A stretch of 64,000 nt of DNA from a virus. Location: IMG/VR virus record IMGVR_UViG_3300034062_006900, positions 1 to 64,000 of that record. One strand, written 5' to 3'. Below are positions 47,359-56,405 of this stretch, piece after piece (positions within the stretch are counted from its first letter, which is position 1; each line of letters starts with the position of its first letter). The position numbers and the translations under genes were made by a program. The notes beneath the pieces are model-generated. The model saw only the letters and a program-made list of their open reading frames with translations, did no database searches and was not told where the DNA came from.

Positions 47359-48132
47359 TTATAAAATCTCATCTAATTTGATAATCAATTCATTCTTTGG
47401 AATACTTCGAGGTCCTGTGGTATCTCCTGAACTGAAGGTCAACTGTGAAATCAACTCGTAAGCCCGATTCGGATTTTCCACCCTCAAAAAATAGTGTGAT
47501 GGTTCTGAAACATTCACATCAGTAAAGACGTTTCCAGCATTGATTCCAACTCTACGAATCGCCAAATTAGAATTTTCTTTGTTTGTGAATGTAAACTTGG
47601 TCGGTCTTAACTTAATCTCCTTTTCTCTCAACACATCTGATTTTCTGATAACTACCCAAACACAAGGGACCATAAAGTCCTTACCTTCGAATGTGAATAA
47701 ATCATCTTCCAAATCTTCAATCATAACGATTTCAAAGTTCAGAGGAATTTTATCAATCATAGACCTTTTCTTAAATCCTTTAGGTAGGATAAATGCAACA
47801 GTATCACCATACTCACAACACTTTCTCACGAACTTTAATGCCAGACTTGAGTTCCTACCAAAAGGAGGATTTCCAAAAAATAACACCTTCTTACCATTTA
47901 GGAAACTTAAGTCTTTCTCTAAGAAATCTGCTCTCTCAATATCATCTGATTTAGGTTCCACATCATAACCAAACTTATTTTCATGTTGAGCCATGTGGAG
48001 GAAAACTCCTTCACCTGCAGATGGTTCAATAATGGTATAGTAGTCACCCAAATTTAATGTCTCCAAACATTTTCTTGCAACCGCTGGTTTGGTGTAAAAT
48101 TGGTCCAAACCATACTTATTTTTTTTGGGCAT
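47359..48132 (-). CDS. gamma-class N6-adenine DNA methyltransferase
   Basis: DQFYT, IEPSAGEGVF, GNPPFG, AFILP. Confidence 0.85.
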   Translation of the reverse strand: MPKKNKYGLDQFYTKPAVARKCLETLNLGDYYTIIEPSAGEGVFLHMAQHENKFGYDVEPKSDDIERADFLEKDLSFLNGKKVLFFGNPPFGRNSSLALKFVRKCCEYGDTVAFILPKGFKKRSMIDKIPLNFEIVMIEDLEDDLFTFEGKDFMVPCVWVVIRKSDVLREKEIKLRPTKFTFTNKENSNLAIRRVGINAGNVFTDVNVSEPSHYFLRVENPNRAYELISQLTFSSGDTTGPRSIPKNELIIKLDEIL

Positions 48133-48637
48133 ATTCTAAAAACAAATCTATATTTTTATAAGCCACCGCAGATTGAATTCTACGTTGCGTCTTGTGGTCT
48201 CTTTTGAATCTGGGTTGAACTATTCTATCTTTACCCCACCTTTCCTTCCATTCTTTTACCTCAGATTTCCAAGTCATATCATAAGAATAACTGTTCGAAA
48301 CTAAATTCTTAATCCAATTATTGAGTCCATCATAGTGAGTCCAATCGAATAACTCTCTCCACTTTGTGATATCAATAAATACAACTCTTTCCTCTATAAT
48401 ATTGGACTTCTTTCCCTTCCAAACACCATATATCAAATAGAAATCCCTATCCCTTGAAAAGTTATTGAAGATATCCGCTAGTGGTAGTTCGGACCCATGT
48501 TTGAATGTCTTTATCACACAAGGAATCCCATCAGGTCTGTAAGCATCCCACATACCAGTATAGTTTTCATCGGACAGTAAATTGTGTCTCTCACACATCA
48601 ACTGTTGATATTCAAAACCATGACCTTGTCTTTCCAT
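48116..48637 (-). CDS. putative restriction endonuclease
   Basis: Overlaps the MTase; WDA...IK PD-(D/E)XK-like pattern; QRRIQ tail. Confidence 0.5.
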   Translation of the reverse strand: MERQGHGFEYQQLMCERHNLLSDENYTGMWDAYRPDGIPCVIKTFKHGSELPLADIFNNFSRDRDFYLIYGVWKGKKSNIIEERVVFIDITKWRELFDWTHYDGLNNWIKNLVSNSYSYDMTWKSEVKEWKERWGKDRIVQPRFKRDHKTQRRIQSAVAYKNIDLFLEYAQKK

Positions 48638-48695
48638 ACCACAATATTAGTAAAAGTATTTCATATAATCAAAAACCCCACTTTGAGGGTGGGGT

Positions 48696-50342
48696 CTATT
48701 TAATTCCTAATTTTTTTAGTATGTATGATTCTATATCTTCCTTCTTCATCGTGTAAGGTATACGGATAAGTTTGATTCCGTTTTTCTTACAGTATTGGTT
48801 TTTTATTTCATCTCTGATTTTTTGTCTCTCAAAAGCTTCTTCACCACCAAAAGTATCAATCGCCATAAAATGTTGCCTTCCATCATATTCCACGCACACA
48901 TTCTTTATTGGTATGTAAAAATCGAATGGTAGTTTTCTACAAAATCTTCCTTCTTTTTTATTCGTACAATCCACAAATTTATATTGTTTTATAAAATCTA
49001 TTTTTTGTTTTTCTAATATGGCTGCAATTAATTTTTCTCCAGTTGATTCGTTACAAATTGGACATCCTTGTCCGCTTAAGTGGGCACCAGGTCTTTGTTT
49101 AAAAGTTCCATGAACCGGACAAACAATATCAACATATTTGTTTCTATTTTTATAGTCGACTAAAGAATAATTGTATTTTTTGCCGTGAACAATTTTAGCC
49201 GACTTAATAAAATCTTCTGTGTTACTAACATTACTCTTAGATATTGATTCAAAACCACATTTTTGACATCCACTTCCACTCATATGAGCGTGAGGTGTTT
49301 GTAAAAACTCCCCATGAATTGGGCAAATAATTTTTACACGATTATTAATACCATCGTATTCAACTTTCGAATAATCATATTTATCATCATGAACAAGATT
49401 AGATTTGTTAATAAATTCATCTTGAGTTAAACTATTTGCTTTACCAGTATTTTCTCGGGCACATTTTGGACATCCAGCACCGTCAAGTAAGTGATGTGCC
49501 GTAACTTTAAAGTCTCCGTGTTTTGGGCAGGTAACTATAACTTTTTCTGATGCCCCTTTGTATTGGGTTTTGGAAAAATCATATTTATCTCCATGAACAA
49601 TTTTTATTTGTTTGAGAAATTCTTCAGGTGATTTTCTTTGTTTTTCTGCCGAGCTTTCTATTCCACATTTTGAACAACCACTACCCCTTAAATGACTTGT
49701 AGATGTTTGGAAAAATTTTCCATGTTCTGAACAAATAATTTCAATTGGTGTATAATTGTTTTTATAAACAGATTTTGAATAATCATATTTATCTCCGTGA
49801 ATTTCTTTAGCATTTTCTATGAATTTTTGGGTATTTGTTGATGTTAAAGATTCTCTCTTTGACTTCCTATTTTGAAGGTCTTTTTCTTTGGCACAGGATG
49901 GACATCCGTAACCCATTAAATGATTTCCTGGTGTTTGTCCAAAATCTCCATGAATGGGACAGGTAATGACTACTTTTTTTCCTCCTCCTTGATAATCCAC
50001 TTTTTTATATCCGTATTTGTCTCCGTGCTTTTCAATCGCTTTGTTCACAAAACTATCCTTATTACTTGTTAACTTTTCTTTAGCACTTTCACGACCACAT
50101 TTTGGACAACCTTGTGGATTAACATTTGATATAAATTTATTTGGTGTTTTGGTAAATTCCCCATGTATTGGACAAACAATGGTGACAGGTTCTCCGCTAT
50201 TTTTATACTTTACCTTTGAATAATCATATTTGTCTCCGTGAATTGTTTTAGCCTTTTCAATAAATTCAGGAGTAGTTGTTTTTTTTATCTCACCAATCTC
50301 CTTCGTATGTTCACGCAATATATGTCTAATCAGTTGTTTCAT
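48696..50342 (-). CDS. endonuclease with seven zinc-ribbon repeats and a Vsr/DUF559-like C-terminus
   Basis: 7x HGDKYDYSK..Y....V.I.CP.HG.F...P..H..G.GCPKC; LPFDFY, VEYDGRQHF, KLIRIPY. Confidence 0.85.
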   Translation of the reverse strand: MKQLIRHILREHTKEIGEIKKTTTPEFIEKAKTIHGDKYDYSKVKYKNSGEPVTIVCPIHGEFTKTPNKFISNVNPQGCPKCGRESAKEKLTSNKDSFVNKAIEKHGDKYGYKKVDYQGGGKKVVITCPIHGDFGQTPGNHLMGYGCPSCAKEKDLQNRKSKRESLTSTNTQKFIENAKEIHGDKYDYSKSVYKNNYTPIEIICSEHGKFFQTSTSHLRGSGCSKCGIESSAEKQRKSPEEFLKQIKIVHGDKYDFSKTQYKGASEKVIVTCPKHGDFKVTAHHLLDGAGCPKCARENTGKANSLTQDEFINKSNLVHDDKYDYSKVEYDGINNRVKIICPIHGEFLQTPHAHMSGSGCQKCGFESISKSNVSNTEDFIKSAKIVHGKKYNYSLVDYKNRNKYVDIVCPVHGTFKQRPGAHLSGQGCPICNESTGEKLIAAILEKQKIDFIKQYKFVDCTNKKEGRFCRKLPFDFYIPIKNVCVEYDGRQHFMAIDTFGGEEAFERQKIRDEIKNQYCKKNGIKLIRIPYTMKKEDIESYILKKLGIK

Positions 50343-50402
50343 CTCACAATAAATATCTTTGGAATTAAAAACCCCCACCGTTGAGGGTGAGGGTTGATAT
50401 TT

Positions 50403-50957
50403 TTACTTCTTAAGTTCTTCGATTTTATTCTTCGCCCCTATGAACACTTGTTCTATATCACTTGATGTGCCGCTCGGGAAAATTGTATTGTCTCTCCCAA
50501 ATTTCTCTAATTGTAAATACCAACTAATTTTTCCACCACTACTGAAGTATCCAAGTTCAAATCCATCTGAAGTTCTAAATTTATTTTCAGTATAATTTGG
50601 ATTAGTTGCGTCAGAAATCTCACTTTGTTTCAATACTGTAATTGCTTTAAGAATTTCAAGGACATCTGTATACTCAATCATCGCTGTTGATGTTGAGTAT
50701 TGACTTTCATTTGTAACTTTGAAATAATAACGTGATTCATTGTTACCATTAGTTACTTTTCTGATAACCGCAGAACCTGACTGATATTTACGTTTCAAAT
50801 TATCAACAGTGTAATCAGTAAATCTAACGATTGTTCCGTATTTAGAACTGAATTGTTCGAATTTCGTTTCCACTTTAACAGAAGTTTCTGTTTTTTGTTG
50901 ACCGTAAGATACTACCGATGCAATTAGGATGATTGCGACCATCATGATTTTTTTCAT
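50403..50957 (-). CDS. secreted hypothetical protein
   Basis: Signal peptide MKKIMMVAIILIASVVSYG-Q; promoter at 50986-51017. Confidence 0.7.
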   Translation of the reverse strand: MKKIMMVAIILIASVVSYGQQKTETSVKVETKFEQFSSKYGTIVRFTDYTVDNLKRKYQSGSAVIRKVTNGNNESRYYFKVTNESQYSTSTAMIEYTDVLEILKAITVLKQSEISDATNPNYTENKFRTSDGFELGYFSSGGKISWYLQLEKFGRDNTIFPSGTSSDIEQVFIGAKNKIEELKK

Positions 50958-51055
50958 ATTGTATTTGTTTATTTGTTTGTGAATACAAAGATATGGAACC
51001 CATTTTAATCCACCAAATAAAAGTTATCCACATTCTAAGATTAGTTTATAGTTTT

Positions 51056-51388
51056 CTATGTATTGAATAGATGATTATTTTGTTCTTTGATTCCTCTTTC
51101 CATTTCTACCGCTAACTCTCTTGTCTCTGTTTCTATTGTTCTGTATTCAAGATTTTCCCAATTATCTAAAATGTAATTTTGTTTTTTATAGTTACTTCTT
51201 CCTGCAGTTCCATATGGTTGAGGGTATAACGATTTCATTCTTGTCTTACATTTTTTTCCAATACCAAACAAAATTAGTTCATTTGAGTTTTTATTTCTAA
51301 TTTGATAAACTCCAGCCTCTTTGGGTCCTTCAATAGTTCTACAGGTTTCAGGTGTTGGCATCGATTTCCAATTGGTCCAATTTGTCAT
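51056..51388 (-). CDS. GIY-YIG-like nuclease
   Basis: GVYQI...FGIG...RM...E...FN; promoter at 51410-51441. Confidence 0.65.
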   Translation of the reverse strand: MTNWTNWKSMPTPETCRTIEGPKEAGVYQIRNKNSNELILFGIGKKCKTRMKSLYPQPYGTAGRSNYKKQNYILDNWENLEYRTIETETRELAVEMERGIKEQNNHLFNT

Positions 51389-51455
51389 ATATCTTGTGTT
51401 TTGTGAATACAAAGATAATTACAACCAACCAATCCACCAAATAAAAAAAGTCCCA

Positions 51456-53834
51456 CTATTGTGAGACTTTTGATACATTATCAGTTTTTGTAATATGAAC
51501 TACATTATCCGCCCAATTTGAGATTAATGGGTTGTGGCTAATCACAAATATCTTTTCGAAATAATCCTTTAACTTCATAAAGAAGTCCCCAACCATCTCA
51601 AGGTTATCATTAGAAACCTTACCCCAAGTCTCATCGTAAACTGATATGTTTGGTTTTGGAAGTGAACATACCTTAGCCAATACAGCTCTGATAGCCAACG
51701 CTCCCACAGTCTTCTCATATCCTGAACCTGCGGTCATAGGTTTTTCGATACCTGTTCCGTTATCAATCATGATGAAGTCAACCTCATTCTTGTCATTGAT
51801 ACGAATCTCCAAGTTGAAGAAACAAGAGTCTTGAAGTAATCTTTGAAGTTCAGAGTTAATCAATGGCATCATTGTCTTCATGATAACTTTTGTGATTCCA
51901 TTCTTTCCGAATACCTCAAGATATATTTTGTATATCTTTTCTCTTTCGAATTCTTCGGCAATCTTTAGGATGGTCTCGTTGTTCTTTTCAATTCGAGCTT
52001 GAAGATTTTCAATCTGAGTTGAATTGGTTGTTTGAGTTCTCTCATACCCTCTCTTCTCAGAAATCAATTCATCAATTCTCATTTCGGCTTTAACCAACTG
52101 AGCTTCAATCTCATTATTCTTCTTAATCTTATCTTGAACTTCTTCGTATCTCCTTAACTTGTCTTCAGATTGTTCCAATTTTAAATTATTGGCTTCAAGA
52201 GTCGCCTCATATTTTTCCTTAACAAGTTTCGCTCTTTCATATTCATCAAAGTCTTTCTTAAGTTGAGTAAAAGATTCTTCTTTCTTTTCAAGGCCTTCAA
52301 TTTCTTTTTTGAATTCCTTAACAAGTTTTTTATATCCTTCAAGTTGGTCAATCTTTTTCTTGGTCAACTCAGCTTCCATCAATTTGATTCCACAGTGTTC
52401 ACACTGAATTCCATCACCATATTTTTCAATAAGGTCTTGGATTTCTTCCACCTTATTCTCACAGGTTACTTGTTCAGCAAAACGGGATTTGATAACTTCT
52501 TTAACCGCATCGTGTCTATCTTCATGATAAAACTCTTTTGGTTCAGATATTTTAACATCATCAATCTGACCTTGGATTCTTCTTCCAACTACTTTAAATT
52601 CGTCAATCTGACCCTTAAGTCTTTCAGGATTCAGAATAACCAAATCTTGGTCTAAGTCAGTGAATTTTGATTTCAATAAGTCATCCTTATAAGTTTGACC
52701 CTTTTGTAATCTCTTGTCAACATCCTTGATTTTGGTAACAGCCTCTGCAATTTCATTCTCGAGTCTTTCAATTTCTTCTTTTGACGTGGTGCTATCTTGT
52801 TTTAAGGATTCTGTATTGTATACGTTGGATAACATACCTTTTGAAAACTCAGAATAGATTTCTTTTCCCGTCTCTTCTTTCTTCTTTAAGAATTCAAGAC
52901 CCAAGAATCTACTTAACACCTGACCACGAGCTGTTGGTTTTGCTTCCAACAAATCCTCAAGGTTTGACGCTGTCGTTACAATGGTCATCAAGAAGTCATC
53001 CATCTCACCAATTGATGTTTTGATAAAGTTCTCAGTCTCCCTTCTTTGTTCACCAGTGAAGTTCTGTAATTGACCGTCAGCCAACTTCTTGAAGAAGTCC
53101 AACTCAGTCTTAACATTCCATTCACCAGCCTTAGATTTTTTTCTTTCAATCTTTCGAGCGATGATATATTCCTCGCCATCAATGATGATGTCACCCTTAA
53201 CTGATACCACATTCTTATCTGTGAATCTGTTGAAGATTTCCTCAGCCTTCTGAGTCTTGGTTGTCGTGTTGAAGAATAAGAACAATAACAAGTCCACGGT
53301 CAATACCGTCTTACCTCCGAAGTTCGGTGGGTCTGATTCAACCACTGTGATACCATTACATTTATCAAAATCGATAACCTGGTTCTCACCATACGATAAG
53401 AAGTTACTGAATTCAATCTTCTTGATATACCATCTTTTGAATGGTGTAACCTCAACCTCATTAGCCATCATTCTGTTTTCAACAGCAAGGTCAATGTTCA
53501 TGACTTGGTCATAAAACTGGTCTTGTCCTTTTGACTCAAGAAGAGATTTGATAAGTTCTTTCTGATAGTTCTTATCCATAATGTTAACCGCTACATCGAT
53601 TGTCTGTTGAGTTTCCTCAGTTGTCTTCGCCTTGGTTATAACATTGATATTTGCGGAACTATACTTCTTCATGAAGTATTGTTTCACAGACTTGATTCTT
53701 TCTTGGGTGAAATTCTCTGGAGCATCCTCCCATATTACTTGTATGTTAGGATTCTCCAAAGTAGATATATCTAATTTTGTTGACATATGTTTGTAGTTAT
53801 ACTCTGGATGTGGATTGAATAAATCCCATTTCAT
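51456..53834 (-). CDS. Rad50/SbcC (gp46-like) ATPase
   Basis: FSNFLSYG, NFGGKT, CEHC hook, SGYEK signature, VYDE Walker B, ISH. Confidence 0.92.
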   Translation of the reverse strand: MKWDLFNPHPEYNYKHMSTKLDISTLENPNIQVIWEDAPENFTQERIKSVKQYFMKKYSSANINVITKAKTTEETQQTIDVAVNIMDKNYQKELIKSLLESKGQDQFYDQVMNIDLAVENRMMANEVEVTPFKRWYIKKIEFSNFLSYGENQVIDFDKCNGITVVESDPPNFGGKTVLTVDLLLFLFFNTTTKTQKAEEIFNRFTDKNVVSVKGDIIIDGEEYIIARKIERKKSKAGEWNVKTELDFFKKLADGQLQNFTGEQRRETENFIKTSIGEMDDFLMTIVTTASNLEDLLEAKPTARGQVLSRFLGLEFLKKKEETGKEIYSEFSKGMLSNVYNTESLKQDSTTSKEEIERLENEIAEAVTKIKDVDKRLQKGQTYKDDLLKSKFTDLDQDLVILNPERLKGQIDEFKVVGRRIQGQIDDVKISEPKEFYHEDRHDAVKEVIKSRFAEQVTCENKVEEIQDLIEKYGDGIQCEHCGIKLMEAELTKKKIDQLEGYKKLVKEFKKEIEGLEKKEESFTQLKKDFDEYERAKLVKEKYEATLEANNLKLEQSEDKLRRYEEVQDKIKKNNEIEAQLVKAEMRIDELISEKRGYERTQTTNSTQIENLQARIEKNNETILKIAEEFEREKIYKIYLEVFGKNGITKVIMKTMMPLINSELQRLLQDSCFFNLEIRINDKNEVDFIMIDNGTGIEKPMTAGSGYEKTVGALAIRAVLAKVCSLPKPNISVYDETWGKVSNDNLEMVGDFFMKLKDYFEKIFVISHNPLISNWADNVVHITKTDNVSKVSQ

Positions 53835-53836
53835 TT

Positions 53837-54022
53837 TTATTGATTTGCTGTAAGACCTGAAACCTGCTCAGCATCTTTTTGTTTTAACGCCTCAATTTGA
53901 GCTTTCATTGATTCGTTGAACAACTTTTGCATTGCAGATTGTTCGGCCTTCAATGTGTTATTTCTTTGCTGAAGTCTTTTTCTGTGGGCTTTCTCACCAC
54001 CTCTTTTTTTAGATTTTGCCAT
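53837..54022 (-). CDS. small basic protein
   Basis: MAKSKKRGGEKAHRKR. Confidence 0.6.
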   Translation of the reverse strand: MAKSKKRGGEKAHRKRLQQRNNTLKAEQSAMQKLFNESMKAQIEALKQKDAEQVSGLTANQ

Positions 54023-54032
54023 TTTTATTGTT

Positions 54033-54392
54033 TTAATGTAAATTTTTATTTGGTCTATTTTCTTCGAACCATTCAACGATTGAGTTTATCGCCCATGTTG
54101 CTCCTGATGCTAACATTCCATCAAAGAACCATGAAACCCATAAAGTTACACCTAACATCTCGTGTATTGGTGAATATAAGAAAATTCCGAAGAAAAATCC
54201 AACCCACACTGGTGTGCACATCATACAAGATAACATTCCTTTAAGAAACTTATAAAATTCTGTAAACAAACCATCTCCATAGTCTGCTTCGTTGAAAATG
54301 TAATTTCTCGGTGTATTAAAAATACTTCCGTAAACTAAAATGTTTGAAAGTCCGTAGATGGATATAATCCATGTTAATAGTTGTGTTATCAT
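54033..54392 (-). CDS. DUF1360-like membrane protein
   Basis: IFN.PR...LSCMMCTPVW.G plus TM helices. Confidence 0.65.
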   Translation of the reverse strand: MITQLLTWIISIYGLSNILVYGSIFNTPRNYIFNEADYGDGLFTEFYKFLKGMLSCMMCTPVWVGFFFGIFLYSPIHEMLGVTLWVSWFFDGMLASGATWAINSIVEWFEENRPNKNLH

Positions 54393-54595
54393 AATTTGTG
54401 TTTAAATTCGTTAGTTAATTCTATTTTCCTAATACCTGGGTCTTTGGCTTCACACTTATTACAGTGCCATACAATTTCGAAGTGCTGTTTACCATTACAA
54501 CACTTACAGTCGACATCGTATTCGAAATACGTTCTCCCCAAACCTCCTTCATTTCCACAGAACTCACAGGTTCCCCATTCCATTTCTCCCATCAT
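54389..54595 (-). CDS. small zinc-finger protein
   Basis: CEFC, CKCC, CNKC. Confidence 0.6.
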   Translation of the reverse strand: MMGEMEWGTCEFCGNEGGLGRTYFEYDVDCKCCNGKQHFEIVWHCNKCEAKDPGIRKIELTNEFKHKL

Positions 54596-55392
54596 AATGT
54601 TTTATTTAAATTTGAACCACTCAAATAAACAGCCTTTCTGTCTTCCTGAAATTTTTGAATATCTTGAATAGTTTGTTCGTATTCTCTTATTTTTTTGTCT
54701 TTCTCTAAAGTTTCTTGTCTTAGTTTCATTACTGTAGATTGGAGAGCATCCAATTTAGATTTATCCCCACCTTCACCAACTACCTCTTTAATTACTTCTA
54801 CAATTTTTTCCTGAATGACGATTTTCTCAACAGGAACCTCAATAGTCTTCTCTTGAATAACAACTCTGTCAACAGGAACCTCTTTGATAACCTCAACCAC
54901 TTTTGGTGGCATCTCCTCCAACTGTTGTATTTTTGACAACAATTCGTTTATCTGAGTATCATCACTAACGTATTCTGTTTTGGTGATAACTTTTTCAACA
55001 GGTATTTCTTTGATTACTTCTTGAACCACCACCTTCTCAACAGGAACCTCTTTGATAACCTCGACTATTTTCTCAACCACTCTTTCAACAGGAACCTCTT
55101 TGATAACCTCGACTATTTTCTCAACCACTCTTTCAACAGGAACCTCAACATACTCAACCTGAACAATCTCCTTGATTACTTCAACAGGTATTTCCACTCG
55201 TTTTTCGACAACAACCTCTTTTATCACCTCTTTTTCTTGGTTCCCACCCGGATTTAGCAGACCATACCTTTCAATATTGAAACCAGTTGTAAATGATTTC
55301 TTAGCAACCTCACTTATCAACAAGTCATTAAGATTACAGTAAGACAATAAGTCCTTGTGTTCCGTATTTGAAAGTTTAATCTTTATCTCCAT
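54592..55392 (-). CDS. VPV-repeat protein
   Basis: Repeated EVPVE(K/R)VVEKIVEVIK; 48-bp tandem DNA repeat around 55035-55147. Confidence 0.8.
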   Translation of the reverse strand: MEIKIKLSNTEHKDLLSYCNLNDLLISEVAKKSFTTGFNIERYGLLNPGGNQEKEVIKEVVVEKRVEIPVEVIKEIVQVEYVEVPVERVVEKIVEVIKEVPVERVVEKIVEVIKEVPVEKVVVQEVIKEIPVEKVITKTEYVSDDTQINELLSKIQQLEEMPPKVVEVIKEVPVDRVVIQEKTIEVPVEKIVIQEKIVEVIKEVVGEGGDKSKLDALQSTVMKLRQETLEKDKKIREYEQTIQDIQKFQEDRKAVYLSGSNLNKTL

Positions 55393-55393
55393 C

Positions 55394-56173
55394 TTAGTAG
55401 TTCACCAACTTTTCTGTTCCTTCAGATAAACAATCAATCGAATTGATGTAAAATGATAGGAATGGTTTAGGGTTTGGTAGGTCAACGAATGTGTATTCGT
55501 CCTTCTCTATATCATATACTCCATACCCGTGTTTTCTAACAGTCTCTCCAAAGTTTTGTTGAATGGTTGAACCAACCATGTATGCCTTCTTTCCACCAGG
55601 AATATCGAACACTTGTCTCTTGTGGATATCACCACACAATACAAGGTCACACCCTTTGAACTTACTAGCATCAAACCCATCTTCGAACTTATATCCAATG
55701 TCTGTGTATAAACCTTGAATCGGACCGTGGAATAAACCAATGTTCTTGTTCTTTGATTTTTGGATGTCAGGAGGGATGTTATGGTCCATTAAGGAGTAAA
55801 CACACCAGTTGATATTATCATCCTCATATACCCCTCTATTCTTCAAATAAACGATGTTCTCGTTCTTTAAAGAATCAATGATTGGTGTAAGAGCATCCAA
55901 CCTTGAATTATTATTCTCAAGGAAGTCGTGGTTACCAATGATAACAATCGTTTTGGTTATACTTGCACATTCAGTCAATACCCAAGCAACGAACTCAACG
56001 AGTTCAGGTGTCATTTGATTCTTGCTGTGAACCAAGTCTCCAGTGAATACAATTCTGTCAGGTGCGAGTGTCTTCCACTCTTTCAATGCAGATTCAAGGA
56101 TGCCACGATATACGTCGTGGTCCTTGAATAATCTGATGTGTAAATCTGAGAAATGTATAATTCGATTAATCAT
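55394..56173 (-). CDS. Mre11/SbcD (gp47-like) nuclease
   Basis: FSDLH, TGDL, GNHD, FHG, GDIHKRQ, GSTIQQNFGE. Confidence 0.92.
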   Translation of the reverse strand: MINRIIHFSDLHIRLFKDHDVYRGILESALKEWKTLAPDRIVFTGDLVHSKNQMTPELVEFVAWVLTECASITKTIVIIGNHDFLENNNSRLDALTPIIDSLKNENIVYLKNRGVYEDDNINWCVYSLMDHNIPPDIQKSKNKNIGLFHGPIQGLYTDIGYKFEDGFDASKFKGCDLVLCGDIHKRQVFDIPGGKKAYMVGSTIQQNFGETVRKHGYGVYDIEKDEYTFVDLPNPKPFLSFYINSIDCLSEGTEKLVNY

Positions 56174-56405
56174 TAATTAATGTTTTTTCCTCTTCTTCGA
56201 ATGGATTGAATCCTTTATTGACATGGTCACATTTCATACACATGTAAATTGGGAATGGAATTGGTTGGTCTTCAGCAGCACCTTGTAGTTTAGATACCCA
56301 CTTTAGATATAAAGCCTCTTTGAAATAAACGCTTCCGCATTTCTCACATTTGATAGTTGGACAATCACGAACGTTAATTCTTGGCTGTTGTAAATCTTGC
56401 ATCAT
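56166..56405 (-). CDS. zinc-ribbon protein
   Basis: CEKC...CMKC. Confidence 0.7.
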   Translation of the reverse strand: MMQDLQQPRINVRDCPTIKCEKCGSVYFKEALYLKWVSKLQGAAEDQPIPFPIYMCMKCDHVNKGFNPFEEEEKTLIND

